Source: Spirochaetia bacterium (lineage in GTDB: Bacteria; Spirochaetota; Spirochaetia; DSM-16054; Sediminispirochaetaceae). From it: a stretch of 64,000 bases of DNA. This document shows, piece by piece, positions 29,485 to 39,495 of this stretch (positions are counted from its first letter, which is position 1; every line of letters starts with the position of its first letter). The notes below the pieces were generated by a model, which searched no databases, had not been told where the DNA came from, and was given only the letters and a program-made list of their open reading frames with translations. A program made the position numbers and the translations under genes. The stretch spans positions 576,001 through 640,000 of the forward strand of contig JAXHMY010000003.1 in assembly GCA_034520965.1 (NCBI GenBank), written 5' to 3'.

Positions 29485-29506
29485 GCATCACCTCAAATCT
29501 AAGTGT

Positions 29507-29552
29507 TGAATCATCTCTCAATTAGTATAGAAGCCTTTGTAAAATCGGTCAA
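29507..29552 (-). promoter_or_regulatory. sigma70 promoter TTGACC-17-TATACT with operator TGAATCATCTCTCA over the start site
   Basis: -35 at 29547-29552, -10 at 29524-29529, operator 29507-29520. Confidence 0.78.
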
Positions 29553-29673
29553 GTTTTTTCTTTCATCAATTTTTTCGGCTATTTTGCCCCCTTCTAAGGC
29601 CAAATGTTAGGGGTACCGTACCTATACAAGGCTTGATCCTTTAAAATTACCTGGTTTTAGCGAAAGTTTTTCC

Positions 29674-29727
29674 TTGCCAGGAAACAGAAACAAATTTATA
29701 ATAAATTGTATTATGAATCACTTCTCA
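29674..29727 (+). promoter_or_regulatory. sigma70 promoter TTGCCA-17-TATAAT with operator TGAATCACTTCTCA
   Basis: -35 29674-29679, -10 29697-29702, operator 29714-29727 just before SD GGAGG. Confidence 0.78.
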
Positions 29728-29741
29728 TTATTGGAGGAATT

Positions 29742-30742
29742 GTGGAACATACAGGAATCAAGGGACTGGGGCTTTACGTACCCGGAGAACCTATCGACAA
29801 TACCGAACTGCAGAGGCTTGCCGGTATCGAGTTTAATGTAGACAAAATAGAAAACAAAATCGGTATAAAAAGACGTCATATTGCAAAGCTGCGTAACACC
29901 GGCGAAACTACCGCCGATTTTGCTAGCAATGCCGCCCGGGAGGCCATCGAAGACGCGGGGATCGATCCGCAGGAGGTGGCCTATTTTATCGTCGGAACCG
30001 ATACTCCGGAATACATCTCCCCTTCCACCGCCATGCTCGTCCAAGGCCGCATCCAGGGGGGCCGAAAATATACCGGCTCCTTTGACATAGGCAGCTCGTG
30101 CGCGGGTTTCGTGACCGCCTATGATGCTGCATCCCGAATGCTTGCCGGGATCCCGAGGCTCGTTACGCGGTGGTAGTAGGGGTGTATAACATGCCCGCCT
30201 ATGTGCGTGACGGAGATGCCTTCGGCTATTCTATCTTTTCCGATGGAGCGGCTGCTTTTGTACTGGAAAAGCGTGATACCCAGAGCTATCTGGGAAGCCA
30301 GTTTATTACCGACGGTACGCAGTGGGACTATGTAGGGGTCTACGCCGGCGGAACAAGGATGCCGGTGACCCATAAGAGGCTAGAGGAGGGGGAATACGGC
30401 CTGCAGCTGCTGCAGCGCCTGCCGGGAGACCGCAACGTGAAGCTATGGCCGCCATTGGTCAAGCACCTTTTACAGAAAACCGGGGTAGAGCTCTCTGCGG
30501 TGGATCACCTCATTTTCACCCAGATCAACCGATCGGTTATCGAGCAGGTGATGGATATCCTCGAACTGCCGATGGAAAAGACCACCACCGTTATGGATAA
30601 ATACGGCTACACCGGTTCAGCCTGCGTTCCGATGGCCTTCTACGATGCGGTAAAAGCCGGCCGCATTAAACGGGGCGATACGGTTATGTTTGTGGCCTCC
30701 GGAGCCGGTTTAGCTGTGGGCAGCAATCTGTTTGTATATTAA
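29742..30742 (+). CDS. Second 3-oxoacyl-ACP synthase III-like protein; -1 frameshift at GGG 30147-30149
   Basis: GTG start; 'GIKGLGLYVP', 'IGIKRRH', 'TDTPEYISPST', 'FDIGSSCAGF'; adding one G gives 'AGDPEARYAVVVGVY' joining to 'IFSDGAAA', 'IFTQIN', 'KYGYTGSACVP', 'ASGAG'. Confidence 0.88.
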
Positions 30743-30756
30743 AGGAGTTACAGGTT

Positions 30757-32067
30757 ATGAAAGACTGGAATAAAGATTACCAGCAACGACTCATTACTAC
30801 TGAAGAGGCGGTACGGCATATTAAATCTAATGACGATATTATCGTCGGCCAGTGTGCCTCTGAGCCTCAGGGGCTGATGTCGAAAATTCACACCATGCGT
30901 GACAAGGTGGAAGGGGTCAGAGTGTTTAGTGTGCTCACCCTTCAGGCCTACGATTTCTACATGAAACCTGAAATGGAAGGCCACTTTGAACTGGCAAGCT
31001 GGTTTCACGCTCCCGGTTCCCGCAAAGCCCTCAAGGCCGGACTAAGCACGGTAACTTACGTACCGAACATGCTTCACCGGGCGGCCATGGACCGTATACA
31101 GGCGAGGAGGCCGAATATTTTCTTTGGCACCTGCACCCCGCCGGATTCTAAAGGCTTTGTCTCGCTTTCCCTGGGAATTACCTATGAGAAGGACGTGCTG
31201 GAGGCGGCGGAACTGGTAGTGCTGGAGGTAAACAAGAACCTCCCCCGCACCTACGGGGACACCCATGTACACGTGGACGATGTGGACTACTTTGTCGAAA
31301 ATCATCAGGAACCACCTACCCTGCCCATGCCGGAACCGGACGAGACCGATCAGGCCATTGGAAACTACGTGGCCGAGCTGGTGGATGACGGCTCTACCAT
31401 CCAGCTGGGAATCGGAAACATCCCCAACGCGGCTGCCCTGGCCCTGCAAGGCAAGAAGGATCTGGGAGTACACACCGAAATGGTAGTTGATTCGATGGTA
31501 GATCTCCATGAACGGGGGGTTATTACCAATAAGAAAAAGAGCCTGTTTAAAGACAAATTTGTCTGCACCTTCGCTTTTGGTTCAAAAAAACTGTACGAAT
31601 GGCTCGATGATAACATGGCGGTGGAGTTTCAACGCGGCTCCTGGGTCAACGATCCGGCGGTTATCAGACAAAACTCCAGAATGGTCTCTCTTAACACCTG
31701 TTTAAATGTGGATATGACCGGACAGGTGGCCAGCGAATCAATCGGCACCACCCAGTATTCTGGTACGGGAGGGCAGACAGATACCGCGGTGGGAGCCAAA
31801 GAGGCCTATGACGGACTCGGCAAGTCGATTATTGCCTGCCGTTCAACTGCCAAGAACGGTACGCTCAGCACAATCACTCCCACCCTTCGTGAAGGTACTG
31901 CGGTTACCCTGCATCGGAGCAATGTCGACCATATCGTCACCGAGTACGGAATAGCCTACATGCGAGGACGAACGGTGCGGGAGCGGACAAGAAACCTAAT
32001 TGCCGTAGCCCATCCGGATTTCCGGGAAGAACTGACCCAAGGGGCTAAAAAGCTTGGGTATCTTTAA
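30757..32067 (+). CDS. Acetyl-CoA hydrolase/transferase family (4-hydroxybutyrate CoA-transferase-like)
   Basis: 'EVNKNLPRTYGD', 'DGSTIQLGIGNIP', catalytic 'DLGVHTEM', 'GQVASESIG..QYSGTGGQ', 'IVTEYGIA', 'AHPDFREEL'. Confidence 0.92.
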   Translation: MKDWNKDYQQRLITTEEAVRHIKSNDDIIVGQCASEPQGLMSKIHTMRDKVEGVRVFSVLTLQAYDFYMKPEMEGHFELASWFHAPGSRKALKAGLSTVTYVPNMLHRAAMDRIQARRPNIFFGTCTPPDSKGFVSLSLGITYEKDVLEAAELVVLEVNKNLPRTYGDTHVHVDDVDYFVENHQEPPTLPMPEPDETDQAIGNYVAELVDDGSTIQLGIGNIPNAAALALQGKKDLGVHTEMVVDSMVDLHERGVITNKKKSLFKDKFVCTFAFGSKKLYEWLDDNMAVEFQRGSWVNDPAVIRQNSRMVSLNTCLNVDMTGQVASESIGTTQYSGTGGQTDTAVGAKEAYDGLGKSIIACRSTAKNGTLSTITPTLREGTAVTLHRSNVDHIVTEYGIAYMRGRTVRERTRNLIAVAHPDFREELTQGAKKLGYL

Positions 32068-32115
32068 TATTACAGAAAGCTTTCACATTACATAAGTAAA
32101 GAGAGGTATAACTAT

Positions 32116-33312
32116 ATGAAACGAGTAGCAATTGTGGCCGCCAAACGGACGGCTATCGGCACCTTCGGGGGCATGTTTTCGGGGGTATCGGCGGTTGAGC
32201 TGGGGATCCACTCCCTAAAGGCCGCGCTGCGGGACGCAAAGATCGAGCCCAATCAGATTGAAGAGGTTATCGTCGGTAATATTCTTTCCGCCGGATTGGG
32301 CCAGAACGTGGCCCGCCAGATCGCTGTTGGGGCGGACATACCAGTCCAAGTTCCAAGTTACGGGATAAATAAACTCTGCGGCTCGGGACTCAAATCCATT
32401 ACTCTGGGGGCAACGGAAATTGCCGTGGGCCACTCCGATATTATTGCCGCCGGAGGCACGGAGAACATGACCCAGGCTCCCTATGCCGTACCCAAAGCGC
32501 GTTACGGGGCTAAGATGGGCAACACAGAAATGGTGGATCTTATGCTGCGCGACGGTTTGTATGACGTGTTTAACGAGTATCATATGGGAGTAACCGCCGA
32601 AAACCTGGCCGACCGGTGGAACATCAGCCGGGAAGAGATGGATATCTTTGCCGCCGAGAGCCAGAATAAGACGGAGGCGGCGGTTGATGCCGGGCGTTTT
32701 AAAGCAGAAATCGAACCGATCCAGATCCCCCAACACAAGGGAGAGCCCCTTAACATCGACACCGACGAACATTTCCGGCGCGGGGCAAGCCCGGAGGGGC
32801 TGGCCAAACTGAGACCCGCATTTAAAAAAGACGGAAGGGTCACCGCGGGTAATTCTTCGGGCATCAACGACGGTGCGGCCTTTGTGATTCTCATGTCCGA
32901 GGAGAAGGCGGGCGCCCTTGGGATAGAGCCGCTGGCCTTTATCAGCGGATTCGGCTCCAGTGGGGTTGACCCGGCGTATATGGGCTACGGTCCGGTTCCG
33001 GCCACCACACTTGCTCTAAAGCGGGCCGGATGGACACTTCAAGATATCCAGCTGGCGGAGCTCAATGAGGCCTTTGCCGCCCAGTCATTGGCGGTGCTCA
33101 AGGGAATGGAGCAGGAGCTGGGCGGAATCGACCCCTCAATTGTGAATGTAAACGGCGGTGCCATCGCCCTAGGACATCCGATAGGCGCTTCGGGAGCCCG
33201 CATTTTGGTGACCCTGCTCCATGAAATGGGCTCGCGGGATGTAAAGAAAGGACTCGCTACCCTTTGTATCGGCGGCGGGCAAGGCATAGCTTTACTCGTG
33301 GAACGGCAATAG
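32116..33312 (+). CDS. atoB: Acetyl-CoA C-acetyltransferase (thiolase)
   Basis: 'RTAIG', 'NKLCGSGL', 'HMGVTAE', '[13 protein letters not shown]', 'ELNEAFA', '[17 protein letters not shown]', 'LCIGGGQG'. Confidence 0.93.
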   Translation: MKRVAIVAAKRTAIGTFGGMFSGVSAVELGIHSLKAALRDAKIEPNQIEEVIVGNILSAGLGQNVARQIAVGADIPVQVPSYGINKLCGSGLKSITLGATEIAVGHSDIIAAGGTENMTQAPYAVPKARYGAKMGNTEMVDLMLRDGLYDVFNEYHMGVTAENLADRWNISREEMDIFAAESQNKTEAAVDAGRFKAEIEPIQIPQHKGEPLNIDTDEHFRRGASPEGLAKLRPAFKKDGRVTAGNSSGINDGAAFVILMSEEKAGALGIEPLAFISGFGSSGVDPAYMGYGPVPATTLALKRAGWTLQDIQLAELNEAFAAQSLAVLKGMEQELGGIDPSIVNVNGGAIALGHPIGASGARILVTLLHEMGSRDVKKGLATLCIGGGQGIALLVERQ

Positions 33313-33510
33313 GGCTGCACTAAACACCATCCCCGGTACTATCTGCGGCGCATCCGCTCAGTTATACCGGGGGTATGGAAATCACAGCCCTTTCACTCTA
33401 TACTGTGTCTACAATCTGTTAAGAAAATAGCCGAATACGGCTATTTTCGTTGTTTCGGTTGCCGCGAAGCGGCATGCGAAACTATAATAGCAAAAGGGGT
33501 TCTACCGGTC

Positions 33511-34638
33511 ATGGGAAAAACAGCAGGTAAAACGGTCACAAGAGAGAGATTGATTCAATCAGCTATAGACCTGTTTTCCAGTTGCTGGTATGAGACGGTG
33601 TCCATCGCAGAGATTTGCCGCAACGCAGGCCTCTCCAACGGAATTTTCTATAACTATTTTGCTAAAAAAGAAGATATTTTCAAGGAGATTCTCGATCGCT
33701 ATCTCGCTATTTTTTCAGACCGGCTTAACCAGACTGTCGAACCGACCATAGAGGGAGAACTAAACCGTTTCTTGAAGGTGATGTTCGAAGTGGGCCGAGA
33801 GCATCGCAAACTGCTTACGGTCTATCGCGAGGGGCAGTACCGGTTTATACGGTATGAAAAAAAGTTTCGGGAAATATGCATGAGCTATTTTACCCGTATG
33901 TACAATCGAGAGATTAATGAAGCGGAGTATATCTTTTTGATTTCCGCAGCCCGCTTTGTGTTTATCCGTTCAATCTATGAACAAACTGATATTGATCTTG
34001 ATAAGCTGCATGCCCTCCTGCTCTACGGATTCTTTACCGAAGAGATCGGCGACCCGAGCCGCATTCTTACCACCGACCACACCCCCCTCCCACCTCCGGA
34101 GGATAGCTCACGCAGCAAGCTTCTTGAAGCCGGCATCAAGCTCTTCGGAAGACGCGGCTATTATAAAGTCAACGTATATGAGGTCGCAAAACAAGCGGGG
34201 TTTTCGGTGGGAACCTTTTACCTCTATTTCCCTACCAAAGAAAAGTTTCTCGCAGAAATAGTCGATACTATCGGCTCACGTACTCGCCACTTCATCTCTA
34301 CCAATCTGGATACCTCCCTGAACCGTACAGAACAGGAAATTCAAGGGATGTACCTCTTTTACCTACACTTTAGATATCATAAGAGTTATTACTCCATTGT
34401 ACTCGAGGCGGAGTTTGTGGTGAACCAAAAGGCTACCGCCTACTATGATAAGTTTGAACAGGGATACCAGAAGACACTCAATCACATAAAAATTGATGAT
34501 AAAAAACTTGTTGCAAATGCCCTTATGGGAATCTCACACTATTTCGGAATCGAATCTATTTTCAGTAAAAATGTATCCGACATCGAAGCGACAATTCTGC
34601 AAATCGGAGAACTACTGCACAAGGGCCTGCGACAATGA
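33511..34638 (+). CDS. Tandem double-TetR transcriptional regulator
   Basis: Two TetR HTHs: 'LIQSAIDLF..VSIAEICRNAGLSNGIFYNYF' and 'LLEAGIKLF..GYYKVNVYEVAKQAGFSVGTFYLYFPTKE'. Confidence 0.9.
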   Translation: MGKTAGKTVTRERLIQSAIDLFSSCWYETVSIAEICRNAGLSNGIFYNYFAKKEDIFKEILDRYLAIFSDRLNQTVEPTIEGELNRFLKVMFEVGREHRKLLTVYREGQYRFIRYEKKFREICMSYFTRMYNREINEAEYIFLISAARFVFIRSIYEQTDIDLDKLHALLLYGFFTEEIGDPSRILTTDHTPLPPPEDSSRSKLLEAGIKLFGRRGYYKVNVYEVAKQAGFSVGTFYLYFPTKEKFLAEIVDTIGSRTRHFISTNLDTSLNRTEQEIQGMYLFYLHFRYHKSYYSIVLEAEFVVNQKATAYYDKFEQGYQKTLNHIKIDDKKLVANALMGISHYFGIESIFSKNVSDIEATILQIGELLHKGLRQ

Positions 34639-34651
34639 GGAGGGAAGTATA

Positions 34652-35422
34652 ATGAAAACTCAGACGGTCAAGGTAAATGGAATCGATATCGCCTACAACA
34701 CTTCCGGGTCAGGAATGCCTTTGTTGTATATCCACGGAAACACAGGATCTAAGCTATGGTTCGAAAGGGTTATGGAAATCGAAGGGGTGTGCACCTTTGC
34801 CCCGGACATGCCAAACTTTGGAGAATCAGAGCGTCTCTCCACAGCCGATATCGACGAGTACGCCGATTATATGCGTGATTTCATCTTAACTCTTAAACTG
34901 TCCACCCCCCTCCCTGTAGTAGGACACTCACTGGGAGGGGCCGTAGCTATATCCCTGGGGCTGCGTAACCCCGAACTGATCTCCCGGCTTATTCTGGTGG
35001 ACTCCGCACCCATGGACGGCCTAAAAACCCCTGAAGAATACTACCCCGTTATCGAACAATACAAAACCGACCAAAACTTGCTACAGCAGGCACTCCAGGC
35101 AGTTACTCCCACTATGGATGACCCCGGTTTTCTTGAAAAGCTGGCAGAACAGGCGATGAAAATGAACCCGATAGCCTTTGCCGGCAATGCCCGTGCCCTT
35201 GAACGATTTAACTACCAGGGGAAGGGAGCGCAGTTCGACAAACCCGTCCTGGTGATAGTAGGCGAGAAGGATGTTATCATCAGCCGGGATATGGCGAAAG
35301 CGACCGCGGACGCCTTTCCTAAGGGAGAACTTAGAGTGCTTGAAGGCGTCGGCCATTCTGTGATGGTCGAGGATCCGAACACGTTTATCTCCCTTGTCGA
35401 AGAAAATATTCGGGCACGCTGA
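34652..35422 (+). CDS. Alpha/beta fold hydrolase (paralog of the domain fused to LivM)
   Basis: Start MKTQTV after SD GAGGAGG; 'LLYIHGNTGS', 'GHSLGG', 'VGEKD', 'GVGHS'. Confidence 0.9.
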   Translation: MKTQTVKVNGIDIAYNTSGSGMPLLYIHGNTGSKLWFERVMEIEGVCTFAPDMPNFGESERLSTADIDEYADYMRDFILTLKLSTPLPVVGHSLGGAVAISLGLRNPELISRLILVDSAPMDGLKTPEEYYPVIEQYKTDQNLLQQALQAVTPTMDDPGFLEKLAEQAMKMNPIAFAGNARALERFNYQGKGAQFDKPVLVIVGEKDVIISRDMAKATADAFPKGELRVLEGVGHSVMVEDPNTFISLVEENIRAR

Positions 35423-35442
35423 GATTCCTTCGGGATTTGTAA

Positions 35443-35925
35443 ATGAATAAGAAAAAGTCGGCTAAGAAAAGTGTTAAAAAGAGGCTGGGCGCCGGAATCG
35501 CAGTTGCAGTGGCCATCATTCTGCTGTCCACCCGTATGGGCCTTGTATCGATAATTCACCAGGGTGATCCGCCGAAGGCTGCCGAGCTCTGCAGTGAAGC
35601 CATCCCGTGGCGGGAGGTGTGGAACGCGCCCGAGCAGTACCGGGGAGAGGTGGTCGCGGTGAAAGGCACAGTTGCGACCACCGCCTTTATTTCCGGTATG
35701 AAAGGAAAACCGACCTTTATCAACCTCGGCAATCCCCATCCCCGCACACCCCGTTTCGAAATTCTCATTTGGGAAGAAAACCGCCCTTCCTTCCTGGCCG
35801 GCCTGCCCGCGCCCCCCGAACTGCAGTTCGACCAGCAAAGCATCTGTGTGGCGGGAACCGTGGAATTACACGAGGGGGTCCCGCAGATTGAAATCCGGGA
35901 TCCGGTGCAGATAATGCAGCAGTAA
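35443..35925 (+). CDS. Membrane-anchored hypothetical protein, probable OB-fold
   Basis: N-terminal TM; 'GEVVAVKGTV..PTFINLGNPHP..FEILIW..ICVAGTVELHEGVPQIEIRDPVQI'. Confidence 0.65.
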   Translation: MNKKKSAKKSVKKRLGAGIAVAVAIILLSTRMGLVSIIHQGDPPKAAELCSEAIPWREVWNAPEQYRGEVVAVKGTVATTAFISGMKGKPTFINLGNPHPRTPRFEILIWEENRPSFLAGLPAPPELQFDQQSICVAGTVELHEGVPQIEIRDPVQIMQQ

Positions 35926-35970
35926 TGTGGTCTGATAGTTTTCCGTTCAACTTGAAGCTTGCTTCTTATT

Positions 35971-37476
35971 TCATTTAGGGGCTGATGGGGGGTCGGCGGT
36001 ATCTACTTTTTCGATGCGCTTGATGCCCTTGCCGTCAACCACCAAACGCACCCGCTCGATAAAGCTGGTATCATCACCCTGGTACCATACCACCAAATTC
36101 AAATGGTAAATACGCTTTACGGGAATAATCTTTTTTACATACCCCTCGGAAACCAGAGGAACCTCGCGACTCTGCACAGTAAGATAGCGCAACAGCCTTC
36201 GCACACTTATAATATTGATATCCGCAACTCCCTTAATCCGGGAGTGCAGCTTTCTAATTGATGTGGCGTTCAAACGGATATTCTTCTCGTACACAAGCAC
36301 ACTCTCAGAAGCAGTGGTAGCCAGAAAGCGTTCAAAGGAGCCGCGGCTCCTCATTTTGCGAATTTGCAGGGGCAGTTTATTAATATCGCTAAAAGCTACC
36401 CGCTCCTTTATATACGCCATTTTTTGCTTGTGCCGCGGGTCATACACCTTTACTCCCCGGTCATAAAAATGGGCACCGATCGATTTACTAAACAGATCTC
36501 TAAACACGTCCTTTAACCTGTCTTTGAGCATGTAACTTGCTATCAATAGAATAAACAGAGAGGTACTTAAATTACCAAAGGTAGTTTGGCCTAAAAAAGC
36601 TATAGCTGTGGCAAAGAACATAGCAATTCCGGCTGCGATTGCGTAGAGGATATGCTCGACCCGCTTCCCTTGATATTTCCTGCGGACATTAAAAAAGAGG
36701 ACCTCACTGGCATATCTCTTAAGAATTTTTGCTCGATATACATATTCCTCGTAGTCCCGCTGGGACTCGCTGGTCCCGCTGACGGAAGTATACCCGCAGG
36801 CCTTCCGGTACTCCATCTCCTGGTATATCAATTTTTCCAGCAGATGGGCGGTTTCTTCCCCTGAATGCACACGGCTATGCACCAAATCTAACAGCCAGAG
36901 TAAATGTCTCTCCAACTCCAGTGAAATATATTCATCAATCAGCAGAGTATGATAGTGAAAATCTTCCGAAAACTTGGCAGAGGTCTTAGTGAGTTCGTGA
37001 AACTGTTTGACCGGACCGGCCATATCGGCCATCATCGATTCAATTTCAGCCCCCCGGTTTTCAGGCTCTTCCCGCCGCAGTCGCTTACGAATACTGTTGT
37101 AAGAGTCCCGCAACACCGACTTATACACACTTCCGCAAAGCTTTGTCTCATACACGTAGTCCTGCATATCCGGCTCATGGCCCTCTTGCAGCGCCTGTTC
37201 AAGTATCGTCGAACTTTTTACAAAAGGCGAATTCTCCTCGGAGCGCAGCTCTTCGAGGGTAAATACCGGGGTATTAAACCGCAGGTACAGCTTCTGATCC
37301 TCGTAAAAGTGATCCTTTGGGTAACTTGTGGAGTTGATATTAAAGGAGTACGGGAAAAACAGGTAGAACTTGATATTGAAATAGTTTCTTCGTTTCTTAA
37401 CCTGCCGGTGTATGAAATAACGAAACTTTAATTCCACCGAATAACGTCCATGACGCCGAATGATATATCGCTTCAT
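35971..37476 (-). CDS. Conserved hypothetical membrane protein (two central TM helices)
   Basis: 501-aa ORF; 'YAIAAGIAMFFATAIAF' and 'LFILLIASYMLKDRLKD'. Confidence 0.75.
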   Translation of the reverse strand: MKRYIIRRHGRYSVELKFRYFIHRQVKKRRNYFNIKFYLFFPYSFNINSTSYPKDHFYEDQKLYLRFNTPVFTLEELRSEENSPFVKSSTILEQALQEGHEPDMQDYVYETKLCGSVYKSVLRDSYNSIRKRLRREEPENRGAEIESMMADMAGPVKQFHELTKTSAKFSEDFHYHTLLIDEYISLELERHLLWLLDLVHSRVHSGEETAHLLEKLIYQEMEYRKACGYTSVSGTSESQRDYEEYVYRAKILKRYASEVLFFNVRRKYQGKRVEHILYAIAAGIAMFFATAIAFLGQTTFGNLSTSLFILLIASYMLKDRLKDVFRDLFSKSIGAHFYDRGVKVYDPRHKQKMAYIKERVAFSDINKLPLQIRKMRSRGSFERFLATTASESVLVYEKNIRLNATSIRKLHSRIKGVADINIISVRRLLRYLTVQSREVPLVSEGYVKKIIPVKRIYHLNLVVWYQGDDTSFIERVRLVVDGKGIKRIEKVDTADPPSAPK

Positions 37477-37596
37477 AAGCGTGTAGTATACAAATTATCA
37501 CCCAAAGATGCCACTGCTACCAGCTCCAAAAGTTTCTGGGGAGGACTCCGAATGCAGCCGGGAGCTGGAAGTGACCGCCCTCTACTTTGACCTCGA

Positions 37597-38259
37597 TCAG
37601 AATTGAGGCCGCCGCAGCACCACGCTGCGGCCGGAGATAATCTCCACCAGCTCCATCCCCAGCATCTCTGCAAGCACCTGAAAGCTGCGGGGCGAATAAA
37701 AACAGACATGGGTGGGGTCCTGCCGGTACCACCAGCTGCGAAAACGCTCCCGGTCGCAGTAATGCAGCAGGGTCCGCAGCACCAAATACCCGCCGGGTTG
37801 AAGCACCCCCTGCAACCGCCTAAACTCATAGAGGGGCTCGAACAAGTGTTCGGCCACCTCCACCGCGGTCACCGCATCATACTTTTTTCCTTGCCAGGCC
37901 TTGCCCGGAGCAAACAGGGGGTCAAAGATATCGACGGAATAGCCCATCCCCCGCAGCACATCCGCGTACACGGGCTGGGGACCGCTGCCGAAATCCAGCA
38001 CCTTTGCAGGCGGCCCCATGTAGGGCAAAAGGGCCTCCTCGGCAAAACCCCGCAGGTAGGCAAGGTAGCGCGGGTCATCGGGCGAGTTATTGTGTTCCAG
38101 GTAACGGCTCCGCTCCCCCTCGGCATCCGGGCGCTGCCGAGGATCGAGAAAGACAAGGTCGCACTGAGTGCAGCGGTAGTAGCAAGCCGATTCAAGACGC
38201 AGCCACTCTTCACCGCTGTCCGCCAAGCTGCTGCCGCACAGGGGGCACAAAAATAACAT
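37597..38259 (-). CDS. Class I SAM-dependent methyltransferase with N-terminal Zn ribbon
   Basis: 'CPLC..CTQC', 'VLDFGSGP', 'EVAEHL', 'WWYRQDPTHVCFYS'. Confidence 0.9.
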   Translation of the reverse strand: MLFLCPLCGSSLADSGEEWLRLESACYYRCTQCDLVFLDPRQRPDAEGERSRYLEHNNSPDDPRYLAYLRGFAEEALLPYMGPPAKVLDFGSGPQPVYADVLRGMGYSVDIFDPLFAPGKAWQGKKYDAVTAVEVAEHLFEPLYEFRRLQGVLQPGGYLVLRTLLHYCDRERFRSWWYRQDPTHVCFYSPRSFQVLAEMLGMELVEIISGRSVVLRRPQF

Positions 38260-38474
38260 GTAGCCACCCTATCATATGCACATCTCTTATTGAACCAACA
38301 ATTCACAGTTTGGACAGTGCATTGCACTATACAGTTTGACCAGACCGGCTTTTTTGGCTAAAGATAGACATTTCGCGGCTCAATTCACCTTCGCGAAACA
38401 AGAATTCGCCTGAAGTGAAACGTTGATATTTAGTCTCTTTAGAACTCATAACCCCTCACAACTCGCTATGATTC

Positions 38475-38711
38475 TCAGTAACTCAGTTTTTCGTTTTCCA
38501 TCTGCTCAATAAATTTATTCAGCAGATCATTGTCGGCTTCTACTTTGAGAATAGGGTCCAAATTCCTAAATAAAGTGATAATCTTTGCCCCCCGGATGGT
38601 TTCATCTTTCTGTTGAGGTATAAAGATTTTGGATAGATCACGATATTCCCGTTTTATTCGTTCGATTTCAGCCTTGATTTCTGCATTGCTCACCAGTTCA
38701 ATGTACCGCAT
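38475..38711 (-). CDS. Small hypothetical protein
   Basis: ATG at 38711 preceded by SD GGAG; 78 aa, helical and charged. Confidence 0.55.
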   Translation of the reverse strand: MRYIELVSNAEIKAEIERIKREYRDLSKIFIPQQKDETIRGAKIITLFRNLDPILKVEADNDLLNKFIEQMENEKLSY

Positions 38712-38729
38712 TGTGTTCTCCAATCGTTT

Positions 38730-38767
38730 AAAAAGCGAGACCGAGTAATTTTCTACAACTCGGTCTC
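38730..38767 (-). terminator. Intrinsic terminator
   Basis: GAGACCGAGT...ACTCGGTCTC stem followed by GCTTTTT on minus strand, downstream of 38802..39404. Confidence 0.65.
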
Positions 38768-38801
38768 ACTACGCATTTGCTCAGATCAATAGTTCTAAAA
38801 A

Positions 38802-39404
38802 TTATCTGTCGGCATTTGAGGTAGCAGAGGCGCTCCCCCCGGCCGGGCTGTCTTCGACCGCCGAAGCAGCCTTTTCCTCTCCAGCGTCGGCTGCCTTTTT
38901 CTGCTCGGATGCCTGCCTCTTCGCAGCATTGCGGGCTTCGTTGCTGACAGTATTTCGAACGATTTCGCCCAAGTTTTCAGTCTGATCGCCGCTTTTCCAC
39001 TCTTCAATCTGTCCCAGCATAGTGCGGACCGCTTCGAGGGTTGCTTGGGCAACAACTGACTCCTCATAGTTCTCTTCCTCGAGGCGAACTGAGTTTTGCG
39101 CCAGCTCCAGGGCCAACTCTGCCTGCTGACCAGGTTCCAAATCGGCGTTTTCACGGTCTGCATAGGCCAGGGCACGGGCCACTACCTGTGCATCGGCCCC
39201 CTCGGCGGGCTCCCACGAAAATTCACCGGATGCTTCGATTATTGCCTGAACTTCACTCTCGGTGAATTCAGTGTTTTCCAGAGCTGTTTCCAGCCTGTCG
39301 AGGAACGCTTCCTCACTCGTTTCCTGATTTCCTCCGGCAAATACCGCAGGAACAGCAACCAAAGTAACCAGTAGAATTGCAAAAATGAATACATGTTTTT
39401 TCAT
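38802..39404 (-). CDS. Secreted acidic hypothetical protein
   Basis: Signal peptide then 'AGGNQE'; SD AAGGAGG. Confidence 0.75.
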   Translation of the reverse strand: MKKHVFIFAILLVTLVAVPAVFAGGNQETSEEAFLDRLETALENTEFTESEVQAIIEASGEFSWEPAEGADAQVVARALAYADRENADLEPGQQAELALELAQNSVRLEEENYEESVVAQATLEAVRTMLGQIEEWKSGDQTENLGEIVRNTVSNEARNAAKRQASEQKKAADAGEEKAASAVEDSPAGGSASATSNADR

Positions 39405-39495
39405 AGTATTGCCTCCTTCTCTGTTATAGATATACGCACAGTCGCCCGGGAGGTTTCAGAAAAAACGTATTTTTATGCTCCCACATATTTACAGA

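Noticed and set aside
27695..33312. Fatty-acid synthesis operon or PHA synthesis operon
   Set aside because: No acpP, fabD, fabF, fabZ or phaC in the cluster; KAS III triads are non-canonical; an importer points to catabolism.
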